This document shows, piece by piece, positions 27,167 through 36,364 of a stretch of 64,000 bases of DNA. The translations under genes were made by a program, and so were the position numbers. The notes beneath the pieces were generated by a model. It was not told the origin of the DNA and searched no databases. It was given only the letters and a program-made list of their open reading frames with translations. The stretch comes from a virus, in the IMG/VR virus record IMGVR_UViG_3300015371_000005, positions 1 to 64,000 of that record. One strand, given 5' to 3'. How positions within the stretch are numbered: the stretch's first letter is position 1; each line of letters opens with the position of its first letter.

Positions 27167-27238
27167 GCAGACCCGACCTTTCCGTAGATATCGATTCCAG
27201 GCATGCCCTTTGGTCTCGCCTTGTTTTCTTGGTTGTCT

Positions 27239-27889
27239 CTAAGCAGGGATCTGCTCGAAGATCTCTCCGAACTGGGTATCAATCTCCTGGTCAGAGTCGG
27301 CGAGTGCATTCCAGCGCGTCGGAAGCGAAACCTGCTCGCCCGTCTTCTGAAGCGTCATGCCGGACTCCTGCGCTGCACGGATGCAACGACGGAAGATCCA
27401 TGCACGGATGATGCCCGAGTCGAACTGGAACAGCACGGCGATCTTGCGCTCGGTGTACGTCGTCGGAGCAGACAGACCAACGTGTGTCTCCAGAAGCTGC
27501 GTCGGGGCACCAGCCGGCGTGACATCAGCCGGATCGGGAAGCTCCCAAGCAAGCGCGAACGAGTCGAGCGTTGCTTCTGCGAGCTGTGTTCCGATTGACA
27601 TCTCCCAGTTGGTCGGGCGACGAAGAATCGACCCTCGCACCTGATCAACGTCGAAGTCCTCCTCGGCGTTGTTTCGGTTGATGTTGATCCCGGTCTTGGT
27701 GAAGCCAGCTTCGTTCCATCCTGCCTGAGCGTCATACTGCGTACCACCGGCATCCAGAACGATCAGATCAGAAAGGTCTTCCGGCCAGTCTGGTTCGTCA
27801 ACACCAATGTCACCGAAGATGATTCGCCCAGCTCCCTGAACGAACCCTTGCTCGTTGTCGAGACTGTGGCGAGCCTTGAACCAACCCAT
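27239..27889 (-). CDS. major tail protein
   Basis: 216 aa with a strong SD (GGAAGGAGGTGA). Its position lies between the connector genes and the chaperones. Confidence 0.65.
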   Translation of the reverse strand: MGWFKARHSLDNEQGFVQGAGRIIFGDIGVDEPDWPEDLSDLIVLDAGGTQYDAQAGWNEAGFTKTGININRNNAEEDFDVDQVRGSILRRPTNWEMSIGTQLAEATLDSFALAWELPDPADVTPAGAPTQLLETHVGLSAPTTYTERKIAVLFQFDSGIIRAWIFRRCIRAAQESGMTLQKTGEQVSLPTRWNALADSDQEIDTQFGEIFEQIPA

Positions 27890-27905
27890 TCAGCTCACCT
27901 CCTTC

Positions 27906-28118
27906 CTAGGACTCGTCGTCCTGGTCATTTTCATTGTCTGTATCTTGCCCTTCTGACGCCTTGCGGAGCACGTAGCGCTCACGCAGCTCGTCAACTTCGT
28001 CCTCTTCAAGCTCGACGGGTTCGCCGCCAACCTCAAGGACACGCCCTTTGCTAAGCGCCAAGCGAGTACGCTTTTGGCCAGAGCGCTTGCTTCCGTAGAA
28101 TCTGTAGCTGTCGCCCAA
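27906..28118 (-). CDS. hypothetical protein
   Basis: TTG start 5 nt after GGAGG. 70 aa with an acidic C-terminus. The longer ORF 27906-28292 overlaps the upstream gene. Confidence 0.5.
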   Translation of the reverse strand: MGDSYRFYGSKRSGQKRTRLALSKGRVLEVGGEPVELEEDEVDELRERYVLRKASEGQDTDNENDQDDES

Positions 28119-28128
28119 GGTAACCTCC

Positions 28129-28728
28129 TCAGTCAGCCATCGTTGTCCGGTTTGTAAGCCCGTATGTCGTTCCCACTGCCTGGTACCAGAAGTCTTCACC
28201 GTGACCGTCTTCCTGCGCGGTCCATGGAATTGACGGCTGGCTCCTAACAGGATTGACAAAGGCTGCCAGAGCTGTACGAAGGGAAGGTTCACTTGCGAGA
28301 CTCAGGTAGACAGCTTCGCCCATCCTGATTGCTCTACGAAAGACAACCTCACTACCTTCCTCTGGATTGGCCTTTGCCAGGCAATGGATGACTAGCGCCT
28401 CACGATAGACGTTCACCTGATCCATATCGCTGTCGATGGCCGAGGGTGCATATTCCTCGATTGTCAACACGATAAATGGATAGGCATCCTTGGGAACCTC
28501 ATTCAGCACCAGCGACGGGAAGTTGCCGGTGTGAAAGTGTGAAGGAGGAACCTGATCGTACGTCATAGGGATGTATTCAACTTGACGCCGTTCTGCTCGC
28601 GCCATATCGCTTTCGACCATGCGCTCGTAAACTTCTGCAAGCGCACTGTCAATATCCCTGATCAGCACCTCTTCCACTACATCGAGCAGCTCTTCCGTGC
28701 CTGTGCTGCGCTGCCAGATGGCTACCAT
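28129..28728 (-). CDS. head-tail joining region protein
   Basis: 199 aa from the internal ATG at 28728, just after the upstream stop. The call is by position only. Confidence 0.55.
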   Translation of the reverse strand: MVAIWQRSTGTEELLDVVEEVLIRDIDSALAEVYERMVESDMARAERRQVEYIPMTYDQVPPSHFHTGNFPSLVLNEVPKDAYPFIVLTIEEYAPSAIDSDMDQVNVYREALVIHCLAKANPEEGSEVVFRRAIRMGEAVYLSLASEPSLRTALAAFVNPVRSQPSIPWTAQEDGHGEDFWYQAVGTTYGLTNRTTMAD

Positions 28729-28732
28729 TGGA

Positions 28733-29290
28733 CTAAGCACCCGTCGTGGTTTCAGGAGGAGCAAATTCCGGCTCAATGTCATACGGATTGGCGGTTGTAT
28801 GAACCACCTGCTCGCCTTGAGTGCGAGGATTTTCAACCGTATTGGTCAGTTCGCCGGCAATAGCAACGCGAGGTACATCCCCCGCTGTCCCTGGCTGAAG
28901 CGGGAGCAATGGAGAGATGTCAATGAACATCGCTGCTAGATCTGCTGTCCAATCCTTCTTGAGCTGGCGGAGATCTTCAGCACGATCCTTGTACGTGCTG
29001 CTTTCGCGATCACCGACAGACCGAGCGAGGATCTGGCGCGACCAGTATTCGATACCGGGATCGAGCAAGCTGATTGCAAACCTCTTGCCCAGATACTCGA
29101 TCAAGCGCCAGTTGAGGGCGTTCAGTGCGTCCACGTCCAGCGCAATGCCGAACGTTCTCATGATGGCTGCATCGTGCCGACGTTCGAGAGCAGCCGGACC
29201 AAAGGTTGACGCCTTGGCCAGGGCATCCCAGGTCTCAGGAATGAGATCCTTGGCTTCCCTTGCAACCACAGTGTCAATTGTCTCGGTCAC
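28733..29290 (-). CDS. head-tail connector region protein
   Basis: 185 aa with a GTG start. The call is by position only. Confidence 0.55.
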   Translation of the reverse strand: MTETIDTVVAREAKDLIPETWDALAKASTFGPAALERRHDAAIMRTFGIALDVDALNALNWRLIEYLGKRFAISLLDPGIEYWSRQILARSVGDRESSTYKDRAEDLRQLKKDWTADLAAMFIDISPLLPLQPGTAGDVPRVAIAGELTNTVENPRTQGEQVVHTTANPYDIEPEFAPPETTTGA

Positions 29291-29320
29291 AGCATGCTCT
29301 CGATTATCGGTGTCAACCTG

Positions 29321-30070
29321 CTAGTCGTTCGAGCTTTCGAGCGATGTCTTCTCACCGCTACCGGGCTTGACCTGAGGAGAGCGATCACGGCGCCCTCGAC
29401 GTGCCTTGGCCACGTTGCCGCTGCGGCCCCTGGATGCCTTGGTGGAACGAGAAGCGACCTCATCTCCATCCTCCGCATCCTTCGTGGCTCCGTAGGGCTT
29501 CTGGGGATCGCCGGTGCCGGTGTATCCCTCACCGCGCTGAACCGGACCACTGTCAGGCACATTGCGGGTAGTCAGGCGTCCTGCTGCCTTGCCTTCGGCC
29601 GTTTCTTCCACCTCCAACTCGGCAAGCTGCCTGTCATCCGGGTGCTCGCCGTAGCCGATGTTGTAGTCCACGATCTCGGTACGGGGGTCTTCCCTGGCGC
29701 TCTCGAACTCCTTGATCCGCATGATCGTCGCCGACGGCAGAACCGACATCGCGCGAACGATGTCATCCACATTCATGTCGTCGTAACCTTCAAACGGGAG
29801 CCCGAGGCGTGCGACAGAATCCTCAACCGGATTGTCGTCAACCGGCTTGAGAACCTTGCTCAGGTGCGCGTAGAGGGGACCATCTTCCTCATCGAGCGCC
29901 TGCTTCCAGTCTTCTGCCACAAGCTCAGGGGGAATGACCTCACCGCGAACGTACGTCCTGCCCATGCCGTTCTGATGGATCACTCCACCGTCGAGCTGGG
30001 GCAGAGAGCTGACCGTCCTGAGAACGGTAAGCTCATTGTCCGCGATAACTTCGTATCCCTTGGCTGCCAT
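29321..30070 (-). CDS. hypothetical protein downstream of the capsid gene
   Basis: ATG at 30070 lies 9 nt after GGAGGTG. 249 aa with a basic C-terminal tail. Confidence 0.6.
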   Translation of the reverse strand: MAAKGYEVIADNELTVLRTVSSLPQLDGGVIHQNGMGRTYVRGEVIPPELVAEDWKQALDEEDGPLYAHLSKVLKPVDDNPVEDSVARLGLPFEGYDDMNVDDIVRAMSVLPSATIMRIKEFESAREDPRTEIVDYNIGYGEHPDDRQLAELEVEETAEGKAAGRLTTRNVPDSGPVQRGEGYTGTGDPQKPYGATKDAEDGDEVASRSTKASRGRSGNVAKARRGRRDRSPQVKPGSGEKTSLESSND

Positions 30071-30087
30071 GTTTGTTGTCACCTCCT

Positions 30088-31161
30088 CTAGGGGGTATCG
30101 TCGTGGTAGATGTTCGCGTACAGGAACGCCTCGGGGCGACGCAGGCGAACCATGCGACGCGATGCCTGACGCAGAAGGCGCGTATAGACGCCTTCGCCCT
30201 TGAGGATGATCTCGGACTGCGGACCGGGCAGGAACACCGTGTCGTTGGGACCGGACTTGATCTCGACCGGGCCGTTCAGCGTTTCTGCGATCGGCAGGCC
30301 GTTGACCGAGTATTCGGTCGTGATCAGGATCGAACCGAGAGGAAGGAACCTGGTGTGATCCTCGCGGCGCTTGGACGCACCGACGGACTCATCCCTGTAA
30401 GCCTCATTGGTGGGGACGAAAGTCGTACCCTGAGGCAGGAGCTTGAGAACGTCATCCAGCGTGGGCATGAACGGTTGCCCGACATCCACGTTGAAATACG
30501 TCCGGAGCTTCGCGTTGTTGACGATCAGGTCGGCGTCCTCATCGCTGAGGTGCACGCGACGGGCCGGCGATCCCGCTGCCGTGGTTGCGGTCTGCATCCA
30601 CGTCTTGAGATCGTTGACCGGATCGGCGTTCGTGAGATCCGTCCACGGAACTGCTGTCTGCGGCTTGTTGCCGACAGGGATCGGGTAGTCGATGACAAGC
30701 GCGGTGTCACGCTGCTGATACTCGATCGTGAGCTGTCCTGCGAATGCCTGCCAGCGCATCCACTCGGTCAGTCGTTCGTTGCGGCGTTCGAGAATCTGTC
30801 CGATCTCGACCAGGCGACGTGCCTCGCGGCTCGCCAGCCTTTCTCCACCTTGCGTCAGGATCTCCCAGCGACGCGGAGAAATGCGATGGGCTTCATCGAG
30901 ATATGCCATCTCAATGACTTCCTCGCGCTCCTCGCGACCGGTGATGTCCATCAGCGGGATTGACGCTTCAGGCGCTCGGAACTGACCGATGCCAGTAGCG
31001 TGGAGATCTTCGACTCGCATGGAGACGTACTGTGAGTCGGAATCCGCCATCGGAGCGATCTGCTCTCCAATGTACGGCGCCAACTCCATTTCCGTCTCGA
31101 CCTCACCGGCGATTGCGTCCGTCAGTGCGGCTTGATCCATGATGTCGTCAATGACTGCCAT
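30088..31161 (-). CDS. major capsid protein (lambda gpE-like family)
   Basis: 357 aa with a strong SD. The C-terminal segments RFLPLGSILITTE and RRPEAFLYANI resemble lambda gpE NFLPDNTMVLGNT and ADPDEFVSVQL (from memory). It follows the decoration-like gene. Confidence 0.7.
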   Translation of the reverse strand: MAVIDDIMDQAALTDAIAGEVETEMELAPYIGEQIAPMADSDSQYVSMRVEDLHATGIGQFRAPEASIPLMDITGREEREEVIEMAYLDEAHRISPRRWEILTQGGERLASREARRLVEIGQILERRNERLTEWMRWQAFAGQLTIEYQQRDTALVIDYPIPVGNKPQTAVPWTDLTNADPVNDLKTWMQTATTAAGSPARRVHLSDEDADLIVNNAKLRTYFNVDVGQPFMPTLDDVLKLLPQGTTFVPTNEAYRDESVGASKRREDHTRFLPLGSILITTEYSVNGLPIAETLNGPVEIKSGPNDTVFLPGPQSEIILKGEGVYTRLLRQASRRMVRLRRPEAFLYANIYHDDTP

Positions 31162-31183
31162 GTTGTCTCACCTCCTCTCGCGG

Positions 31184-31870
31184 CTACGAGAACTTGCAGG
31201 TTGGTAGAGCTGCCTTGATGGCAGTCGAATCGCTGGCCCAGCCGACGATCCTGTCGGAGCGGAACCACTGACCGTGATTCCACATCGCGCTCGGGATATC
31301 GGAATGAGACAGTGTGTCCGGAACCTTCTCGGTACGCGAGAGGATACCCATGATGCTGCTCAGTGTGCTTGTGATTGTCACCGTGCCAGCACCACCGGTC
31401 AGCGAGTCAGTCGCCGTGATTGCACCAGCTTCGGTGGGAACGGTGAACGTGACCTCGTACGTGTACGAGACGTGCGTCGAACCGGTCAGTTGCTCGGTGC
31501 GCGAGACTTCCACGCCACCAGCAGAGATGGTTGACAGTGCTTCAAGCGCTGCCTTGACCTCGGCTGCTGTCGAGTCCCAGTCCAGTGCAGAGGTTGACTG
31601 ACCACCGTGAATCAGCACGAATGTGCCACCGGTACCGTCAACCACGACCTTCTGGACAATCAGCGAACCACCGGATGCATACGCTTGATACTGGTTGTTG
31701 GAGTTCTTCACCAGCGGCGTACCGGCCTTCAGCTCGCGCTCACCGGCAGAATTGACCGGGAAGGTGCTGGCGTCGAGCACGATCGAAGGAGCGACATCCA
31801 CATTGACCTGATGGACGAGGATCTCCAGATCGGGAGAGAACTGCCTTGATGTACGGATGTTCCATGCCAT
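31184..31870 (-). CDS. head decoration-like protein
   Basis: 228 aa, between the scaffold and capsid genes as in lambda-like head modules. Beta-rich and Thr/Ser/Gly-rich. Confidence 0.5.
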   Translation of the reverse strand: MAWNIRTSRQFSPDLEILVHQVNVDVAPSIVLDASTFPVNSAGERELKAGTPLVKNSNNQYQAYASGGSLIVQKVVVDGTGGTFVLIHGGQSTSALDWDSTAAEVKAALEALSTISAGGVEVSRTEQLTGSTHVSYTYEVTFTVPTEAGAITATDSLTGGAGTVTITSTLSSIMGILSRTEKVPDTLSHSDIPSAMWNHGQWFRSDRIVGWASDSTAIKAALPTCKFS

Positions 31871-31873
31871 GTG

Positions 31874-32449
31874 TTACTCACCTCCCCCTGAAATGGATGC
31901 GGTGCGGTAACGCTTGCCACGAACCTCATCGCGGTTGATGGGGCGCCCTGACAGACGATTGGCACGCTCGCGGCGCTCTGTCTGCCTCTCCTCTTCGGAA
32001 AGCTCTCCACCATCATCGGGTCGGTCGTGGTCGCCCTCACCGGTGATCTGCTGAGCGAACGTAAGCTTGAGCTTGCCATCGTCCTTCGGCATCAGCTCAA
32101 TGAACTTGCGGATCGCTCCTGCGACGGAGACTTCTTCGCGACCTGTGGCTCCGGTTGCCTGGTCGCCGGACAGACCAAGCTCGTTGTCAGCAAGCAGGAC
32201 CGCTCCCGGTGCCTCGGCATCGGACGAGAGGTAGATGCGTCGGACCCATGCCAGCAGCCCAGGAGCATCCTCGAAACCCATCCCTGAGAGCGTGCTGATC
32301 TCGCGCTCGACCTGTTCCTTCCTGGTCGCTGCGGAGAGCGTGCGATTCTCGTCACGGATTGGATCGATCTCCTTTTGATGAGCCTGGATGAGCTGTTGCT
32401 TCACATCATCAGCCAGATCCATCTCCTGGATATCCTCAATATAACCCAC
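31874..32449 (-). CDS. scaffolding protein
   Basis: GTG start after GGAGGTG. 191 aa, charged and helical-looking, between the protease and decoration genes. Confidence 0.55.
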   Translation of the reverse strand: MGYIEDIQEMDLADDVKQQLIQAHQKEIDPIRDENRTLSAATRKEQVEREISTLSGMGFEDAPGLLAWVRRIYLSSDAEAPGAVLLADNELGLSGDQATGATGREEVSVAGAIRKFIELMPKDDGKLKLTFAQQITGEGDHDRPDDGGELSEEERQTERRERANRLSGRPINRDEVRGKRYRTASISGGGE

Positions 32450-32471
32450 GTTGTCACCTCCTTCTTGGTTT

Positions 32472-33806
32472 TCAGTTGGACTTACCAGCGAACATTTGTC
32501 GCCGTTGTTGACGTGCTGCTGCGACGCGGCCTTCTGGAGTGGTGACATCGAAGATCGCAGTCACGTTGCTCGGCTCCTTAGGAGCAGGCAATGGCGCTGG
32601 TTCCTCAGGCTGATCGTCCAGCTTGATTGACTGCACCCTGTCCCACTCACTTGGAGCCGAAAGGAACACCTGGCCGTTCCCGAGACGAGTGAATGTCGCC
32701 TCGAATGTCAGCCCTGTCTTCTTGTTCTGGATGCGACAGCGCTGATCCATGCTGACGCGGACAATCTCGAAGTCATCGTCACCGATTCTGTCTTCGAGCG
32801 CTGTATTCAGCTTGTCGCTGATCGCTTCGACGGAAACGTCATCGAAGTCATCGTCGCTGGCGGCAATCAGTGCGTCCTTACCGCGTGTCCAGCGACGCTC
32901 GGGTCCTGGCTCAACCTTGTCGTCGTTGATGTCAAATGGAATGACCCAGCGCGAACGGTCGCCCTTGAACCACTCTTCTACCAGGGCAAGCTTCTTGTTC
33001 TGCGAGATGTCATGCACTACGTAACTTGCTTGCGGAACCTGCGGGCGCCCCGAATCATCCACAACCTGCTCGGGATTCAACGACGTTTGCAGTGATTCAC
33101 GTAGCCAGTTGACACCATCCTGCTCGTTCCAAACGATCTCGCCGGTCTGAGTCTGGTTGTCAGTGCTTCCGTCGCTGGGAGGATCGCCCTCAGCGAAGTT
33201 TGCAGCGTCGATCTCGAAATCGCCGCTCACATTGTCGTCAGATGCGAAAATCCGCTTGAACGGAGCCAGATCGTTGATCCAGCCGGACTTGGCCAGTGCA
33301 ACGTGGTTGAGAGAGCAACGGAATTGCTTGCCATCGTGCTTGCGAGTGTAGCCGAACAGCACTCCACTTGACACGTTGGGAACAGTCCCACGGCTCACCT
33401 TTGCCTGCACATCAGGCTCTGTAAACCCGAGTGCAGCCTGCAAGAAATGCTGCCCCTTCTTCTTGACAACCCGCAGACCGCGAACGTACCCCGTGTTGTT
33501 GAGAGCGCTATCCGTTCCCTTCTTCGGATCAGGATGGCCATCAGGGATTGTCACGTCCTCGAAAGCGCGATCGTCGTATGCCTCGATCAGGTCAGACATC
33601 GAGATGATGCGATCAGCCTGAGATGAAATGCCTTGCGGGATCACCTCGAATGGGAGTTTCTTGCCTACCCCAGGCGTGATCGCAAATCGACCTTCACGAA
33701 GGATGTCCTTCCAGATGACATTCTTGTCACCAAGCTTGTCTTCTGCGCCCTCCTCTGCCGACGAGAAGTGCAGTTCGATTGCATGAAGAGGCTCGGCGGT
33801 GCTCAT
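32472..33806 (-). CDS. prohead protease (HK97/S78-like N-terminal domain) with long C-terminal extension
   Basis: IPDGHPDP...GYVRGLRVVKKKG...VSRGTVPNVSSGVLFGY resembles the His...Ser (SxGF) S78 pattern. Confidence 0.5.
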   Translation of the reverse strand: MSTAEPLHAIELHFSSAEEGAEDKLGDKNVIWKDILREGRFAITPGVGKKLPFEVIPQGISSQADRIISMSDLIEAYDDRAFEDVTIPDGHPDPKKGTDSALNNTGYVRGLRVVKKKGQHFLQAALGFTEPDVQAKVSRGTVPNVSSGVLFGYTRKHDGKQFRCSLNHVALAKSGWINDLAPFKRIFASDDNVSGDFEIDAANFAEGDPPSDGSTDNQTQTGEIVWNEQDGVNWLRESLQTSLNPEQVVDDSGRPQVPQASYVVHDISQNKKLALVEEWFKGDRSRWVIPFDINDDKVEPGPERRWTRGKDALIAASDDDFDDVSVEAISDKLNTALEDRIGDDDFEIVRVSMDQRCRIQNKKTGLTFEATFTRLGNGQVFLSAPSEWDRVQSIKLDDQPEEPAPLPAPKEPSNVTAIFDVTTPEGRVAAARQQRRQMFAGKSN

Positions 33807-34063
33807 GTCGTGTATGCCTCCTCTCTGCTGCCGTTGAGTCTTACGTAATCCATAGGGATGTGCGGAACGAGGGGCGCAAAGACGTGCCCACAGCCTCCAC
33901 GGTCCCTACGATGGCGGTAGACGGTGGCTAGCTGCTCTCCGTAGCGCTCGTTCTTGTCCAGCGGCTTGAAGTGCTGGCCAATCGAGCCCGTAGCCTCGCA
34001 ACCAGGGCAACGGAGATGGCCGTTCCCTGTAAGTAAGGTAAGGGGGCGTGTCTGAGCCGCCAT
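33803..34063 (-). CDS. small Cys/His-rich protein, first gene of the head operon
   Basis: CPGC...CGH cluster. The stop overlaps the protease ATG (ATGA). Confidence 0.55.
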   Translation of the reverse strand: MAAQTRPLTLLTGNGHLRCPGCEATGSIGQHFKPLDKNERYGEQLATVYRHRRDRGGCGHVFAPLVPHIPMDYVRLNGSREEAYTT

Positions 34064-34161
34064 TGCAGGCCACCATAGGCCACAGAAGCCAAGCTGGGAA
34101 ACGAACTCAGTGATTTATCGGCCTGATTGGGTATGATTGGCTCCAGCAGCCCGTCAGCGAG

Positions 34162-34189
34162 TAGACAAATCACCTCAAGGGGGTAGAAT
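34162..34189 (+). promoter_or_regulatory. sigma70-like promoter TAGACA-N16-TAGAAT
   Basis: -35 at 34162-34167 and -10 at 34184-34189, followed by SD GAAGGTGG and the ATG at 34212. Confidence 0.45.
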
Positions 34190-34211
34190 CGTCAATGAAG
34201 GTGGTCCAAAC

Positions 34212-34463
34212 ATGACGCTCGTGACAGATCCGACCCTGGCGATGATCCGCAGTGAGAGCAGCAAGCTCATCCGCGATGAGGTCCGCACCGCAGAGCAGCG
34301 CCGCATGCTGGAGAGCGCTGTCGCCGATGCCATCCTGAAGCTCGGCTGCACCCCCGATGACATCTCAGAGGCATCGGGCCTTACCCTTACGGAGATCAAG
34401 CGCATCCTGAGCGACGTGCGGGCCGTTGACGCAGACTTGGCGCATCTGGCCGGTTTGCGATAA
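34212..34463 (+). CDS. small HTH-like protein
   Basis: 83 aa. The segment DDISEASGLTLTEIKRIL looks HTH-like. Confidence 0.55.
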   Translation: MTLVTDPTLAMIRSESSKLIRDEVRTAEQRRMLESAVADAILKLGCTPDDISEASGLTLTEIKRILSDVRAVDADLAHLAGLR

Positions 34464-34512
34464 GCTGGCGCCTCCTCAATCCAGGGGGCTGGACGGGACG
34501 AAGGACGGGACG

Positions 34513-34541
34513 GGGCGCTCGAATAGGGCGCCCTGTTTCTT
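34513..34541 (+). terminator. intrinsic terminator-like hairpin
   Basis: Stem GGGCGC/GCGCCC with a 9-nt loop, followed by TGTTTCTT. Confidence 0.5.
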
Positions 34542-34674
34542 CCCCTAGAAGGCTTCCGTAACCGAAGGGAGTTGATCCACTGGCTAGCTAGGTCGGCGTC
34601 CGTGTGCCGGCCGCAGCGCAGTGAAGTAGCTCGCCACAGCGGTGTAGCTGCGACGGCTGGCCAAGGGAGCTTCT

Positions 34675-35250
34675 ATGCGTACCACCATAGGACGGTTCCT
34701 GCTTACCGTCATACCGATTGTCAGTATCCTTGTGGTGCCGGCAATGGCCAGTGCCAAGCAGGGTTCATCCCCGCCTCTCAAGCGCGAGCTGAAGAAGTAC
34801 AGCGCCTTATGGCATGCAGCTCACAAGGAGTGCGGTGACTGCTCGGGGCGTAACATCCGCCGGTACGGGATGAGGACGCCAAAGGGCAGGGTGATTGACA
34901 ATCCGTCAGCCACCCACTTCGCAAAGACCATTCGTCAGTTGCGGATGATTCGGATGCCGATGCTGAGCGGCCATCCGCCAGCTCAGCCCCCAGCCGGTGT
35001 GCACACAGCAAGAGCGCTTGGCGGTGTGGCGGCATGTATCCGGCAGCACGAGGCAGGTGGCAACTACGCCACGAACACGGGTAACGGTTACTACGGTGCG
35101 TATCAATTTGATATCGCAACGTGGCATGCAGCAGGCGGAACCGGCAACCCGGCGACCGCGAGTCCGGCTGAGCAGGACGCGGCCTTTGCAAGATGGTGGC
35201 CTGGTCACCACGGCGCATGGCCTCTGACCAGCCGTATGTGCGGCTACTAG
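34675..35250 (+). CDS. secreted protein with Rpf-like (transglycosylase-like) domain
   Basis: Signal peptide MRTTIGRFLLTVIPIVSILVVPAMASA. The C-terminal segment CIRQHEAGGNYATNTGNGYYGAYQFDIATWHAAGG...AWP...CG matches the Rpf/transglycosylase-like pattern. Confidence 0.8.
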   Translation: MRTTIGRFLLTVIPIVSILVVPAMASAKQGSSPPLKRELKKYSALWHAAHKECGDCSGRNIRRYGMRTPKGRVIDNPSATHFAKTIRQLRMIRMPMLSGHPPAQPPAGVHTARALGGVAACIRQHEAGGNYATNTGNGYYGAYQFDIATWHAAGGTGNPATASPAEQDAAFARWWPGHHGAWPLTSRMCGY

Positions 35251-35534
35251 GATGACACAGGTGCAGGGTTCCTGGACGGACCTGGGAGCCCTGCGCCAGG
35301 CATGCGCTCGCCCTCATCGTTCCAGACAAGCACTCCTGAAGCGATGACGATGCTTGCCAAGTGAGTTGTCGTCTTTGCTCCTGTGTTGCGCTTGGCTCTC
35401 CGCAGATGATCCTTGACGTTCGACAACGAGTAATTCATCTTGTCGGCTACTTCTGTCAGCGTCAAGCCATTACACAGGTGGCAGATGACCTCTAGCTGTA
35501 GCATTGTCAGGGCGCCTGTGCCATTGCTGCTCAT
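35247..35534 (-). CDS. LuxR/GerE-type HTH regulator
   Basis: LTMLQLEVICHLCNGLTLTEVADKMNYSLSNVKDHLRRAKRNTG. ATG at 35534 overlaps the upstream stop (ATGA). Confidence 0.75.
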   Translation of the reverse strand: MSSNGTGALTMLQLEVICHLCNGLTLTEVADKMNYSLSNVKDHLRRAKRNTGAKTTTHLASIVIASGVLVWNDEGERMPGAGLPGPSRNPAPVSS

Positions 35535-35824
35535 CGAATCAGAGCCTCCTGTTCCTCCATCAGCCGGTGAACGCGCTGTTGTGCAAGCCTGTTTACAGCG
35601 TTTATCCTGCCGAACTTCTCTAGTTGGATCTCGCCAATCCTGGTGATAGCCGCACAGCGCTTGCGCAGGTACTCCATTCGCTTGGTGCTGAGCCGGATCA
35701 ACGCCTCGTACGGACACATGGTGCAGGTTATGTAAACCTCTATGACAGTATCGCTGCCTTTATGCGAGCGATGACGAAGCGGGAAGCGCTGCTCCGAGTT
35801 ACAGTAGGGGCAGTTAGCAATCAT
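35531..35824 (-). CDS. zinc-ribbon protein
   Basis: CPYC...CTMC pairs. 97 aa from the internal ATG. Confidence 0.55.
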   Translation of the reverse strand: MIANCPYCNSEQRFPLRHRSHKGSDTVIEVYITCTMCPYEALIRLSTKRMEYLRKRCAAITRIGEIQLEKFGRINAVNRLAQQRVHRLMEEQEALIR

Positions 35825-35956
35825 CAGGCAAGCAAGTATACCCCTAGAACGAGAACGACCCGCCCCCCTTAGGTTAGGAGAACGGGTCGCCCACGCTGAC
35901 AACACCTCCAACGTCACAGGAGGCTGCGAGGCACCACCCTCGCAAAGCGAAGTCTA

Positions 35957-36364
35957 TCACGCCGTTTTGGCGACGTGTTCTGTAACCATACGTCTAAGAG
36001 CCCTCATCGCGCGACGCCTATTTACGGTGTACTCCTCGGACTGGTATGCCTCGACCGAGAGCTGCGTCTGTTTGTGAGTCACCTTGACACCTGAATTGGT
36101 GAAGCGCTCGACATAATCAATCCCCATGTCGGGCGTAAAGCGCTGTTCTTCTACGTCCTCCTCACGGAAGATTCCATCCCAGGCAGTGTCCGGACTAGGG
36201 CAACGGGCTAGGATCGCTTCTACGGCGTCTGCTGGGCCGGCAATCATGTCCTCAAACTCCTCGCTGAGCACGGTCGCGGCGTTTTTGCTGACCGTAACCA
36301 GAATGCGGGAGGCAACGATCAGCTCGTCAAATAGCTTGCGTTCCTCTTCTTTCAACGCGCTCAA
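35957..36364 (-). CDS. hypothetical protein
   Basis: 135 aa. The TTG start overlaps the upstream TGA (TTGA). Confidence 0.55.
   Translation of the reverse strand: MSALKEEERKLFDELIVASRILVTVSKNAATVLSEEFEDMIAGPADAVEAILARCPSPDTAWDGIFREEDVEEQRFTPDMGIDYVERFTNSGVKVTHKQTQLSVEAYQSEEYTVNRRRAMRALRRMVTEHVAKTA

Noticed and set aside
35957-36364. By-eye resemblance of GVKVTHKQTQLSVEAYQSEEYTVNRRRAMRALRRMV to the C-terminal part of the RF-1/ArfB peptidyl-tRNA hydrolase domain.
   Set aside because: No GGQ motif is present. The similarity spans about 35 residues and rests on memory only, which is too weak to call.
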